Shown here in pieces: positions 7,968-17,262 of a stretch of DNA of 37,592 nt. Source of the DNA: Clostridiales bacterium (GTDB lineage: Bacteria; Bacillota; Clostridia; Lachnospirales; WQUN01); NCBI GenBank assembly GCA_031289625.1, contig JAITPB010000118.1, forward strand, positions 1 to 37,592, in the 5' to 3' direction. A model generated the notes under the pieces. The model searched no databases. It was not told the origin of the DNA and worked only from the letters and a program-made list of their open reading frames with translations. A program made the translations under genes and the position numbers. How positions within the stretch are numbered: the stretch's first letter is position 1; each line of letters starts with the position of its first letter.

Positions 7968-9500
7968 CTATTCTGGATTGTCCTGCGCGTTATCCCCGCT
8001 TTTCAATTCCCAAGGCCACAAGTCTAAGATCGTTTCTTTTATCTGCTCCGTGACTGTCTTGCGCGGCGGTTTTACCTCCCCTGGGTTCAGCACAACTGGA
8101 TCCGAAGCGTTTATCCCGCTGAGAATCTCCAGCGTCTTATCTCCATAAAAGCCGGTCTCGACAGACATTTTGGTCAATACCGCCTCTGTGTATTCCATTG
8201 TCTTCCAGAAAACTTTTTTGGAAGCGGCTTGCTCGCCCATCACGTACACATACTTCTCCGCATCCTCAATCAGTACAGCCTGTATAGGCAAAGACAGCGC
8301 ATTCTCTATTTTATCTGTCATCACGGCGATGTCCACAGTGTACCCGGTTTTAAGCTGTTCATCTGGGTTAAGCACCGTGATCTCCACCGGCACGACCACT
8401 TCGTCGTCGGAGGTTTTGGGTTTTTCCACCGCGCCCACCGCGATCTTGGCGACACTGCCCTGATAGTTTTTGTCTGGCAGGCCGCTGGTAGAAATATCCG
8501 CTTCTTGACCCAGGACCAGACGCGGCGCGTCGTATTCCGTAATATCCGCCGCGACCAAAATCATGGACGTATCCGCGATTTCCACGAGCGCCGCGCCTTT
8601 GGCCGCGATTTCTCCCGCCTGTATCTGCACAGACGTCACATAGCCGTCGATAGGGCTGACGGATTGATGCGTAAGCTTTTGCAAATCCGACTCAATCTGC
8701 TGGATCTGCAGTTGAATCAGCTCAATGGCGTTCTGCTGCTGACGGTATTTATTGACGGTGGCCTCATCGGAAAATTTATCCTCGGCATTCGTCCTCTTTT
8801 GCCTGGCGTCCTCCAACTGCGCCTGCCGGGTAAGCAAAGTCTGCTCGTTGGCCTCTTCTTGCAGCCTCAGATCTTCTAACGTTTGCAACGCGTTTTCATA
8901 GGACGACACGGCCAGGTCAAACTCTTTTTCCGTGATCACGCCGCTTTCATAAAGTGTCTCGTTCGTCTCACGGGTCTTTTGCGCGTCGTCTGCTTTGCGC
9001 TGCTGCTGTGCGATTTTGATCTCCGAACTTCTAATATCGTTTTCCGCCATATAGAAATTTTGTTCCGCCGCCGTCACATCACTCGTGTATTGCAGCAGCT
9101 CATTCCGGCCCGCCGGCAGAGCGATGCTTTCGAGGTTCAGTTCCGCGTTGCGCAGGTTCAGCCGCGTCTCCGAAAGCCTCCGCTCCAAATCCATCTGATC
9201 GGAGACGACGTCAAAGGCGATGAGGCGCTGTCCTTTGTCCACGGGTTCGCCCTCTTTGACATGGACTTGAGCCACTTTTTCGGAAACGTCCAGCATCACG
9301 GAGACTGTGTCCTTGGCGCGCACATGGCCGGTGGCGATGACCTGCCGGGTCACGTCCGCGTATTGCGCTGTCTGTGTCTGATACAGCGCCCGCAAATCCT
9401 CCGGCGGTTTCGTTTCGTCCCAATAATAAAACGCGCCCGCTGCCGCGGCCAGAATCGCGGCGAAAATAATCACTTTTAAAATGCGTTTGAATATCTTCAT
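7968..9500 (-). CDS. HlyD/MacA-family membrane-fusion (periplasmic adaptor) protein
   Basis: 510 aa. N-terminal TM, long coiled-coil segment, beta-barrel-like C-terminal half. Lies 21 nt downstream of the permease gene with SD AAAGGAA. Confidence 0.85.
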   Translation of the reverse strand: MKIFKRILKVIIFAAILAAAAGAFYYWDETKPPEDLRALYQTQTAQYADVTRQVIATGHVRAKDTVSVMLDVSEKVAQVHVKEGEPVDKGQRLIAFDVVSDQMDLERRLSETRLNLRNAELNLESIALPAGRNELLQYTSDVTAAEQNFYMAENDIRSSEIKIAQQQRKADDAQKTRETNETLYESGVITEKEFDLAVSSYENALQTLEDLRLQEEANEQTLLTRQAQLEDARQKRTNAEDKFSDEATVNKYRQQQNAIELIQLQIQQIESDLQKLTHQSVSPIDGYVTSVQIQAGEIAAKGAALVEIADTSMILVAADITEYDAPRLVLGQEADISTSGLPDKNYQGSVAKIAVGAVEKPKTSDDEVVVPVEITVLNPDEQLKTGYTVDIAVMTDKIENALSLPIQAVLIEDAEKYVYVMGEQAASKKVFWKTMEYTEAVLTKMSVETGFYGDKTLEILSGINASDPVVLNPGEVKPPRKTVTEQIKETILDLWPWELKSGDNAQDNPE

Positions 9501-9521
9501 AAAATTCAGTTCCTTTGCGCT

Positions 9522-12500
9522 CTATTCGACACTCTTCAACGCTTCCACCATATGGATTTTTTTTAATTTGCCGCCGGAAAACAGATTGGCGCAGGCTGAA
9601 AACACAAACGTCAGTACGAGCGCGTACACAAAGCTTATGGCGTTAATGGCGCGGCCAAACATAATCAGTTCTGTCTCGGCGGTCAGCAGGATGTACAAAT
9701 GAAGCGCGACACCCAAGCCCAGGCCCGCCAGCGCGCCGATGACCGTCAGTAAGGCGCTTTCCCTGAATACATACGCCGAAACTTCCTTGTCGTAAAAGCC
9801 CAGCACTTCAATGGTGGCCAGCTCCCGGACGCGCTCGCTGATGTTAATGCCGCTCAGGTTCAGCAGCACCACAAAAGCCAGCGCGCCCGCGGAAACAATC
9901 AGCACAAACACCACAAAATTCAAACTGGTTATCACATCATTGAAACTCAGGATACTGTTTTCCGTAAAGGTCACAGAACTCACCTCCTTTTGATCCAAAA
10001 TTTCTTTGGCCAGCGCTTTATCCTCCGCGGTAACGGCTTCGCCCTGGCCGCTTTGGTTCAGCAGCGCATACATCTCGTTATACTCTGCCGCTTCTCCGAA
10101 CAGGTTTTGATACAGTTCTTTGGTCAGATAGATATAATGAAACATGTAATTCTCCGTGACGCCCGTCACCCTGGCGATAACAGGCGCGCCGTCCCCGTCC
10201 TGGATCTGTATTTCGTCTCCCACGCGCAGCTTCAGCAGGCTGGAAAGCTTTTCCGTGATGATCACGCCGTCTTCGGACAAGGACAATGGCTCTTTGGAAA
10301 CGCGATCCTGAAAAGTAATAAACCGCTGCAACGCGTTACTGTCTTCCGGCGTCACCAGAAGGACACTCTGCGTTTTGATGTCGGAGGCGTACTCCGGATT
10401 ATCCGCGTCCATCGCTTTTTGGTATAATTTAATGCTGCTGGAAACGCCGCCGGATCGCATGACACTTTCGATCTCATCTAGATTTTTGCGTTTGGCGCTG
10501 TCCTGAAAAGAAACGGACATATTGTAATGGCAGATTTCTCTGTATTGCAGGGTCATGATAGCGCTCACGGAATCTTTCAAACCAAAGCCCGTCAGAAGCA
10601 AAGCTGTACAGCCCGCGATGCCAATCACCGTCATGTAGAAACGTTTTTTGTAGCGAATGATGTTGCGCACCGTCACTTTTTGCGTAAACGTCAGGCTTTT
10701 CCAAAAAAAGCCCATGCTTTCCAAAAATGTACGGCGCCCGGCTTTGGGCGGCCTGGGCCTCATGAGGCTGGCTGGCGTCTCGCGAAGTTCATTCAGGCAG
10801 GAAATCACAGCCGCCATCACGGTGCAGGCAAACGCGATCCCAACGCCGGTGGCCCAATAGACGTAATTGACAGGGGTCAGCGCGGCGGGTATCGTGTACA
10901 GCATACCATACGCGTTGAGAATGAGGCGCGGGAATGTTTTCATACCGATGTAACCGCCCAGCGCGCCTCCGATCAAAGTGGGCGCGGCCGCGTAGATTAC
11001 ATATTTGGAAATGATGCTGATATTGCCATACCCCAGAGATTTCAGCGTCCCGATTTCACCTCGGCGTTCTTCCACCAGGCGCGTCATGGTCGTCAAGCTC
11101 ACCAGCGCGGCGACGAGAAAAAAAATCAAGGGGAAAACTTTGCCGATGGCCGTGATTTTATCGGCGTCCTGACTGAAGCTGGCGTAACCGGGGTTCGAAT
11201 CGCGATCCAAAACATACCACTTGGGCAAGTCTAAATCATCCAGTTCTTTTTGCGCGCTGTCAATCGCGCCGCGCGCTTCTTCCAATTCTTTTTCCGTCCT
11301 CGCCCGTGTCAGCGTGAATTCCGCCGCGGACGCCTCCAATTGATTGCGCGATCGGGACGTTTCCGCCGCGCCGCTTTGAAGCGCCGATTGCGCGTCGTTC
11401 AGCGCGTCCCGGCCCGCTTCGATGTCCAGCAAATTTTGCTCTAAAGATTGTTTTTGCTGGCGCAGGGTTTCTCTGGCATTGGCAAGCGTTTTTAAACCGG
11501 CGGCCAGCGCCGCCATGCCCTCTTCGATTTGCGCGCGGCCAGCCGCCATACGATCCTTGCCCGTCAAAATTTGCATACGGACGGTTTCGATGCCCTCTGG
11601 ATTTCCCTGTTCCGAATCCGGACTGCCGAAAGTGTTCAGCCATGATTCTTGTCTTTGCAGTTCGGCTTCTTCCGCGTCCAAAACGTCAGACTGCTCCAGC
11701 AGTTCCCGATCTGTAACGCGCGCGCGCATTTCTTCCGCGTCCAATTGCGCCGCCGCCGCGTCAGCCTCCCGCAGACCGGCCCTGACTTGGGCCTCCCGCA
11801 AATCGATCTCCCGCAGGGAATCGTCGATTTGCGCCTGCTGCAAAGGTTGATCGAAAACAGCGGCGTTGACGAGGAACAAATTTTGCTGCCATTCGTTTTC
11901 CGCTTCATCCAGCGCCAGCCGCGCTTGAAGCTGACGCGCGGTTAAATCCGATCGGGCTTGCTTCAAGCTGCCTTCCGCCCGGTTGATCATGTCCTGATAC
12001 CGGCTGACCACCCGCGCGTCTCCGATTTTTTCGACGGCTTTGACCACCTCTTTGATTTTGTTTTTATACTCGTCGCTGAAGCAGAGCGCCGCGTCTGTGG
12101 ATTCAACCTGGAGAAAGGCTTCGCTGTAGATCGTCTGTGAAAAGTTTTCCCGGGGAATAAAAAGATAGAAATCCACTATACCGCTGCCGATGGAGCCGGA
12201 ACCGCGTTCTTGAGAAACGTAATAGGGAGACGCCACGGCGCCGGTGACGCGAAATGTATTCGTCCTCAACTGGCCGCGGATGTCTTTTTTCTTGCCGCTT
12301 TGGATCGTAAACACATCGCCGACAGCCAGGTTTTGGCTCTGCAAAAACTCCTGTTCCACCAGCGCCTCGTTGCCTCTTTCCGGAAAGCGCCCGCTGAGGA
12401 GAACAGGCTGGTTCACTTCTTCCAGGCTGTGTATTTTTAAAATATAAGATTGATTGTTGCGAACCGTCAGCGCGTCTATGCCATAAGCGGGATAAACCGC

Positions 12501-12749
12501 GCGCACGCCTGGCGCCAGCCGCAGCGCCCGAATGTCTTTTTGATCCAGTCCATATGTAGAGACGACCCGGATATCCATCAGATCATAGCGATCAAAATAC
12601 GCGTCGCCAGTGAGCTTCATATCGATGCCGGTGGCGCCCAGGCCGGCGAAAAAGGAAACGCCCAAGGCCACGATCACCATAATGCCCATAAACCGGCCAA
12701 ACGTATTTTTAATTTCACGCGTTAAGTCTTTGCGTCCAGCGGAACGCAT
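9522..12749 (-). CDS. Double FtsX-domain (MacB-type) ABC transporter permease with about 260-aa coiled-coil insert in the first extracytoplasmic domain
   Basis: 1075 aa. Two FtsX-like 4-TM modules (around residues 540-680 and 960-1075). The Q/A/E/L/R-rich heptad-like region spans roughly residues 250-510. Confidence 0.9.
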   Translation of the reverse strand: MRSAGRKDLTREIKNTFGRFMGIMVIVALGVSFFAGLGATGIDMKLTGDAYFDRYDLMDIRVVSTYGLDQKDIRALRLAPGVRAVYPAYGIDALTVRNNQSYILKIHSLEEVNQPVLLSGRFPERGNEALVEQEFLQSQNLAVGDVFTIQSGKKKDIRGQLRTNTFRVTGAVASPYYVSQERGSGSIGSGIVDFYLFIPRENFSQTIYSEAFLQVESTDAALCFSDEYKNKIKEVVKAVEKIGDARVVSRYQDMINRAEGSLKQARSDLTARQLQARLALDEAENEWQQNLFLVNAAVFDQPLQQAQIDDSLREIDLREAQVRAGLREADAAAAQLDAEEMRARVTDRELLEQSDVLDAEEAELQRQESWLNTFGSPDSEQGNPEGIETVRMQILTGKDRMAAGRAQIEEGMAALAAGLKTLANARETLRQQKQSLEQNLLDIEAGRDALNDAQSALQSGAAETSRSRNQLEASAAEFTLTRARTEKELEEARGAIDSAQKELDDLDLPKWYVLDRDSNPGYASFSQDADKITAIGKVFPLIFFLVAALVSLTTMTRLVEERRGEIGTLKSLGYGNISIISKYVIYAAAPTLIGGALGGYIGMKTFPRLILNAYGMLYTIPAALTPVNYVYWATGVGIAFACTVMAAVISCLNELRETPASLMRPRPPKAGRRTFLESMGFFWKSLTFTQKVTVRNIIRYKKRFYMTVIGIAGCTALLLTGFGLKDSVSAIMTLQYREICHYNMSVSFQDSAKRKNLDEIESVMRSGGVSSSIKLYQKAMDADNPEYASDIKTQSVLLVTPEDSNALQRFITFQDRVSKEPLSLSEDGVIITEKLSSLLKLRVGDEIQIQDGDGAPVIARVTGVTENYMFHYIYLTKELYQNLFGEAAEYNEMYALLNQSGQGEAVTAEDKALAKEILDQKEVSSVTFTENSILSFNDVITSLNFVVFVLIVSAGALAFVVLLNLSGINISERVRELATIEVLGFYDKEVSAYVFRESALLTVIGALAGLGLGVALHLYILLTAETELIMFGRAINAISFVYALVLTFVFSACANLFSGGKLKKIHMVEALKSVE

Positions 12750-12811
12750 ACGCCATCATCACCATTCGATTCATTTTACGCCGTCAACGCAATAAGAACT
12801 TTTCTAAGAGC

Positions 12812-12840
12812 ATTATAATAGAAAACAAAATCAAAATCAA
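12812..12840 (-). promoter_or_regulatory. Sigma-A-type promoter candidate for the permease-HlyD(-GH18) operon
   Basis: Minus strand TTGATT (12840-12835), 17 nt, TATAAT (12817-12812). Confidence 0.5.
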
Positions 12841-12970
12841 TGAAGGCCATTGAGGATGTTCCCGATGACATGACGTGCGAAGAATGGAATAATCAGAACA
12901 TTAAGGCCCAGATGATCAAGAATCCACCAAAGCTATGCCTCTGCTTCTGACTTTATAAAGAGATTTTCAC

Positions 12971-12999
12971 TTGAGAATTCCGTGTGCAGCGTCTATAAT
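12971..12999 (+). promoter_or_regulatory. Near-consensus sigma-A promoter for the Rpn-like nuclease gene
   Basis: TTGAGA (12971-12976), 17 nt, TATAAT (12994-12999). ATG 13007 lies 7 nt after the -10 box (possible leaderless start). Alternative ATG 13019 is preceded by GGAGGG. Confidence 0.6.
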
Positions 13000-13006
13000 A
13001 AAGACA

Positions 13007-14053
13007 ATGGAGGGCGATATGGACGATAATGATACGCAAGTCAGCAAAATTCCCGAAAACATCGATCTTACCACACCGCTGAAGCCGTTTGCCGATCCAG
13101 TCATGGAAGCAGTCTTCGCCAATAAAGATGTGGCCGGGCTGGCCGCACGCAGTTTGATCAACGCTGTCCTGGATGACAGCGCGGATCCTATTATCGGTGA
13201 AATCACGCAGCTGACGCCGCAAAAGACAATGCCTAATGTACTGGGGAGAGGATACCGCTTCGATATCGAAGCGCGCATATCCAATAAAGAACTGGCGGAT
13301 ATTGAGATCCAAAACAGATATATGAATATGAATGACAGGGGCGTCCTCTACGCTGGAAGATTTATGGACGATAACGCCCGGCGCGGTGAGGCCATGGAAA
13401 AAGTCCTCGCAAACATTCCGCGCGTCATTGTAATAAACTTGCTGCATTTTGACTTGCGCAAAAAGCATGATGATTTTCACCAGCCTGTTGATCTGACATA
13501 CCGAAAGCCCGCGCAAAACGGGGCAATCGAACGCGCCAGCAACAAAATATCTATCCATAACATTGAACTCAAAAAATTCGTAAGGCATACACTTCCACAT
13601 AAGCCGTATACCAAAGATACGCCAGCCCTGCATTACTGGCTGTGGGCCTTGTGTAAGGCTGAAAACGAAAATAAGTCTTTAGGCGAGGTAATCAAAATGA
13701 ACGACGCGTTAAGTGAGTTTGCGGAGCAAGATGCAGGCTTTAAGCAATATACCGGCCGATATGAGCAAATCAGCTCAGATTTGCAAGTCCGCAGGGTGTA
13801 TGCCATGTGGACAGAGGGAATGAGCGCGATTGATCAGGCAAAAGCGGAGGGCCGCGAGGAGGGCCGCGAGGAAGGCATTGAGGAGGGTCGCGAGGAAGGC
13901 ATAAATTTAAAAGGCGTTTGCGATGCGGTTAATAGTGTTATCAGATGGCATTGTTCCATTACAGAAGCGATGGAGGTTGTGGAATTGGATTCCGAATACC
14001 GCGAAGCTGTGATTGCCGAATTACAAAAACGTGGCGTTGCGTTTACGCTGTAA
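13007..14053 (+). CDS. Rpn / PD-(D/E)XK nuclease family protein ('putative transposase' family), full length
   Basis: Track ORF 12971..14053 trimmed, because its TTG start is the -35 box. Has N-terminal KPFADPVMEAVF...LINAVL, GYRFDIEA...ELADIEIQ (D...E.Q nuclease core) and a C-terminal EGREEGREEGIEEGREEG repeat typical of the family. Confidence 0.8.
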   Translation: MEGDMDDNDTQVSKIPENIDLTTPLKPFADPVMEAVFANKDVAGLAARSLINAVLDDSADPIIGEITQLTPQKTMPNVLGRGYRFDIEARISNKELADIEIQNRYMNMNDRGVLYAGRFMDDNARRGEAMEKVLANIPRVIVINLLHFDLRKKHDDFHQPVDLTYRKPAQNGAIERASNKISIHNIELKKFVRHTLPHKPYTKDTPALHYWLWALCKAENENKSLGEVIKMNDALSEFAEQDAGFKQYTGRYEQISSDLQVRRVYAMWTEGMSAIDQAKAEGREEGREEGIEEGREEGINLKGVCDAVNSVIRWHCSITEAMEVVELDSEYREAVIAELQKRGVAFTL

Positions 14054-14164
14054 ACAGTAAAACTCCCTCCGTCAATCAGCGCTGCGCGTTGCCACCTCCC
14101 CTCACGGCTGATTTTGACTCACAAGAATTACAAAGCCCATAGCGCATTGCTTACATCCCCAGTT

Positions 14165-14202
14165 AAAAAGAGCCGTACATGTGTTGTGTACAGCTCTTTT
14201 TT
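14165..14202. terminator. Bidirectional rho-independent terminator between convergent genes
   Basis: A5, stem AGAGCCGTACA / TGTACAGCTCT (one mismatch), then T6. Confidence 0.65.
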
Positions 14203-14218
14203 GCATTGCGTCATGTTT

Positions 14219-15787
14219 TTATGGCTCCAATTGCCCGGCCAGCAATTTTTCCATTGCAAGCAGCATTTGATCCGCCGACCGCTTATTGATGACAAACTCA
14301 ATGGATCCGCCATTTTCCCGCACCGCGTAAAAATCTTCGTTGTATGTGTAATATTCGTATGTTGGATTGGGGGCGCCGCTGCTGAGTTGATAGGCGACGG
14401 TCAGATCCGGCAGGCCGGATGGCTCAAAGTTTTCAATGGCCGCGTCATAGGACAGTCCGATCAACGTCTCATAATATTTTCTAAAAGAATCTTCTTGCAT
14501 TGCCTGTCCATTCACCGAAGGATGAATCACTTTTTCCGGCTCGGGCGTAGGGGTAGGCGCGGCGTCCGGATCGTCCCCGTCTGGCGCGGGCGATTCCGCA
14601 GAAAGCGCGGGCGGCGTCACTGTCTCGTGAACGATTTGAACATCGTAGCGCGCGCTGGCGGATTCTATCGCCACAGCGTCACAATCTTCAATGTTGATGA
14701 GAGCCGCATAGCGATCGATAAACGAAAACACATCAATAGTATAGAAGCCGGATAAGTACGTCTTATTCATGGCAAAAACGCTGGGCCTGTCAGCATACTT
14801 GACATAAACCGCCTCGTCATCCCTGTCCGCGCCCGCCAGCAGATGCGTCTCGCCCCCGCTGTCTATCAGCCGTACTTCCAGAAGCGGATCGTCCAAACCA
14901 TACGCGGCTAAATCGGACGGGTTCAGATCCGTCAGCTCGCCCATCACAATGCCGCTCATCGGATTGAGGACGTTGGCTTGAAAATCCTCCGCATGAAGCT
15001 GCCGGCCTGAATAAGGCCTGGCCAAGGTCAGGGCATATTGTCCCGTTTCCGTTTGCGCGCCGCTGAACTCCAGCGGTTCTCGATTCTTTTCGTGAATATA
15101 AACATATTGCAGGCTCTGCGCATCAATGGCGGGCAGGGCCTTGTCTATCAGACTGTCCAGCGTGTAAGAAAACGGAGCGCCAACGGAGGAGGCGACCAAG
15201 TAAAGAGCCGGGTCGCCTTGCAGCATCATGTAATAATAATCCCCATTCGGCGTAGTTGCGCCCAGTTGGATCGTCTTTTCCGTTCCGTCATAATATGCCG
15301 CGACGGCTCGCGCCTTAGGCGGATCCAGTCCGTACTCGGCGGGATTGTCCACTGTGCCGCTGATTTTTTCCGCGGCGGTCAAGGCGTAAGCGCCGCGAAC
15401 CATCTCGCTGACATTAGATTTGTTTAATGGAAGATCTTCCATGCCCGCGATCTCCCACGAGATAATCGGCTCGGGCGTGGGGGTTGGCGCGGCTGAGACA
15501 TCGGGCTCTTCGCCTGTTTCATCGCTTTCTTCTTCATCCGCCGGAACAGGCGTCGGCACCGGTGTTGGCGTGGAGGCAATGGAGCTCAGCGTCAGTTCTC
15601 CGCCTTCAGAATAAAAGGAAACTTGTTTCAAATCGAATTCCTTCATGTCTAGCAACGGCACTGCCTCAACAGGCGTTTCCTCTGTGTCCGGCTCCGCGTT
15701 ATCATTTTTGTTGAGGAGATACAAGTACGCTCCGGTTAATCCGCCCAGCAAAACGACGCATACAACCAATGAAACGATTTTCTTCAT
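14219..15787 (-). CDS. DUF4340-like membrane-anchored protein (last gene of the GldG-type ABC cluster)
   Basis: 522 aa. N-terminal TM and two P/T/E-rich linkers. The call rests on its position after a GldG-like gene. An internal 28-nt repeat (about 14536 and 15469) encodes AAPTPTPEP twice. Confidence 0.65.
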   Translation of the reverse strand: MKKIVSLVVCVVLLGGLTGAYLYLLNKNDNAEPDTEETPVEAVPLLDMKEFDLKQVSFYSEGGELTLSSIASTPTPVPTPVPADEEESDETGEEPDVSAAPTPTPEPIISWEIAGMEDLPLNKSNVSEMVRGAYALTAAEKISGTVDNPAEYGLDPPKARAVAAYYDGTEKTIQLGATTPNGDYYYMMLQGDPALYLVASSVGAPFSYTLDSLIDKALPAIDAQSLQYVYIHEKNREPLEFSGAQTETGQYALTLARPYSGRQLHAEDFQANVLNPMSGIVMGELTDLNPSDLAAYGLDDPLLEVRLIDSGGETHLLAGADRDDEAVYVKYADRPSVFAMNKTYLSGFYTIDVFSFIDRYAALINIEDCDAVAIESASARYDVQIVHETVTPPALSAESPAPDGDDPDAAPTPTPEPEKVIHPSVNGQAMQEDSFRKYYETLIGLSYDAAIENFEPSGLPDLTVAYQLSSGAPNPTYEYYTYNEDFYAVRENGGSIEFVINKRSADQMLLAMEKLLAGQLEP

Positions 15788-15789
15788 GA

Positions 15790-17259
15790 TTAACTATGGC
15801 GCCTCCTCAGCCAAACCGTCAGGCCCGCGCCCAGGATGATGAGCGGCAGAATGATAGAACTGAACATGGACAGCACCAGAACCTGCATGGAAGACATGGT
15901 CAGCTGCTCCGCGGTTTCCGGCGTCTTGGGCAGGATGGAAACCGTGTCGGCTTTATCCTGCAGCCAGTTCATCGCGTTGATGAGAAAATCCCAGTTGACG
16001 CCCCGGATAGCCGTGTTGACGCTTTCATCAATGATGGTGGGATTGGCGATAAAAATGATCTTCGTGGTGTGTTCCTCGTCCGTGGCATAGGCATCCGTGA
16101 TCGCCACGGCCAGATCAAAGGGGCCGTCTTGATCGTCCGGCTCTTTTTCAATGGTCTGCGTGTTGGGGTTGGTTTTTCCATAAGCCTGTTTCGAGGTGGT
16201 GAGCAACGGCTCAATGGTAATGCTGCTCTTTTTTAATTCCGTTTTCTCCACGCCGGAGGACTGAACCAGCAGAGGCATATAATTTTTGTCCAGTAAAGGC
16301 TGTGTGATGTCGTGCGGGGCAAAGTCAGACAGCAGATAAATCCGGTTGTTGCCCGCGTAATGGCTGGGGTCGTTCTCCGCCACGATGTACTGACCCATCC
16401 GCACGCCGTAGCTGCTCAAAACGCTGTCGAGGTTTGGATACTCCTGCCCGAACGCGCCCACGCAAAACACCGCCCGTCCGTCGTTTTGCAAAAACGTCTT
16501 GACGTTTTCCGCCGCGCTGGCCGTCCAGTCCCGGGATGGCTGGGTCACGAACAATATCGTACAGTCTTCGGGGATTTCGCTCGTGACGAGATTCACGTCT
16601 TTGATCTCAAAGTTGGCCAGCTCCAACTGGCTTCTCAAGGTGTCCTGCAGGGGAAGCTCGTCGCTGCCCGATACTGTGTAAGCTGTGGCGCTGGCGCCGG
16701 ATGTGACGTAGTTGATGGCGTTCGTGACTCGCGGTTCAATATCAATGCTTTTGACATACGTCGAATAATTTTGATAGTCAAAGTCTGTCGAGATCATATC
16801 ATTCGCCTGAATCACTTTGAAAAGCGATCCGCTCTCCACAATCACGCTGTTGATGGGTATAGGCTCGCCGTCTTTGGCGTATTGCGTCACAAAAGCGGGA
16901 TACAGATACGGATCTTTATACACCAGTTGAATATGGCTGGAGGATTTAGCATATTCATCCAGAAGGCGCTGAAAGGTCAGCGGCCCCACGGCCTCTTCAA
17001 ACATCCGGCCTTCCTCGCCAGTGCGCGCCAAGGCGGTTATGGTAACGTCCTGCGTGAGTTCCCGCGCGATCTTTATGCTGTCTTCACTGAGGGAGTATTG
17101 TTTATTCGCACTCATGTCGAAAGTCAGCTTGAGTTGATCCGCCAGCAAATTGACGATGACCATAATGGCAATGACGAACAGGATCATCAGCGTGGAGAAA
17201 GATCCGTATTTAAATTTTTTGGTGGAAAAACTTTCGAAAAAACGACGCAATCCATTCAC
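15790..17259 (-). CDS. GldG-like 'ABC-type uncharacterized transport system' auxiliary protein
   Basis: 489 aa. N- and C-terminal TM segments, motif LKLTFDMSANKQYSLSEDS. AGGAGG at 17264-17259 suggests the real start is TTG 17250 rather than GTG 17259. Confidence 0.75.
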   Translation of the reverse strand: MNGLRRFFESFSTKKFKYGSFSTLMILFVIAIMVIVNLLADQLKLTFDMSANKQYSLSEDSIKIARELTQDVTITALARTGEEGRMFEEAVGPLTFQRLLDEYAKSSSHIQLVYKDPYLYPAFVTQYAKDGEPIPINSVIVESGSLFKVIQANDMISTDFDYQNYSTYVKSIDIEPRVTNAINYVTSGASATAYTVSGSDELPLQDTLRSQLELANFEIKDVNLVTSEIPEDCTILFVTQPSRDWTASAAENVKTFLQNDGRAVFCVGAFGQEYPNLDSVLSSYGVRMGQYIVAENDPSHYAGNNRIYLLSDFAPHDITQPLLDKNYMPLLVQSSGVEKTELKKSSITIEPLLTTSKQAYGKTNPNTQTIEKEPDDQDGPFDLAVAITDAYATDEEHTTKIIFIANPTIIDESVNTAIRGVNWDFLINAMNWLQDKADTVSILPKTPETAEQLTMSSMQVLVLSMFSSIILPLIILGAGLTVWLRRRHS

Positions 17260-17262
17260 CTC

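Noticed and set aside
12840-12950. 36-aa ORF MKAIEDVPDDMTCEEWNNQNIKAQMIKNPPKLCLCF, next to the exporter genes; considered as a possible exported or RiPP-like peptide
   Set aside because: It has no SD and no promoter in the right orientation, since the nearby TATAAT has no -35 box. It sits between two divergent promoters, and there are no modification enzymes nearby. It is more likely chance or a gene fragment.
13846-13900. Short tandem DNA repeats (15-nt period) that might look like a repeat array
   Set aside because: They encode the EGREEG low-complexity segment characteristic of Rpn-family proteins. There is no spacer structure, so this is not CRISPR-like.
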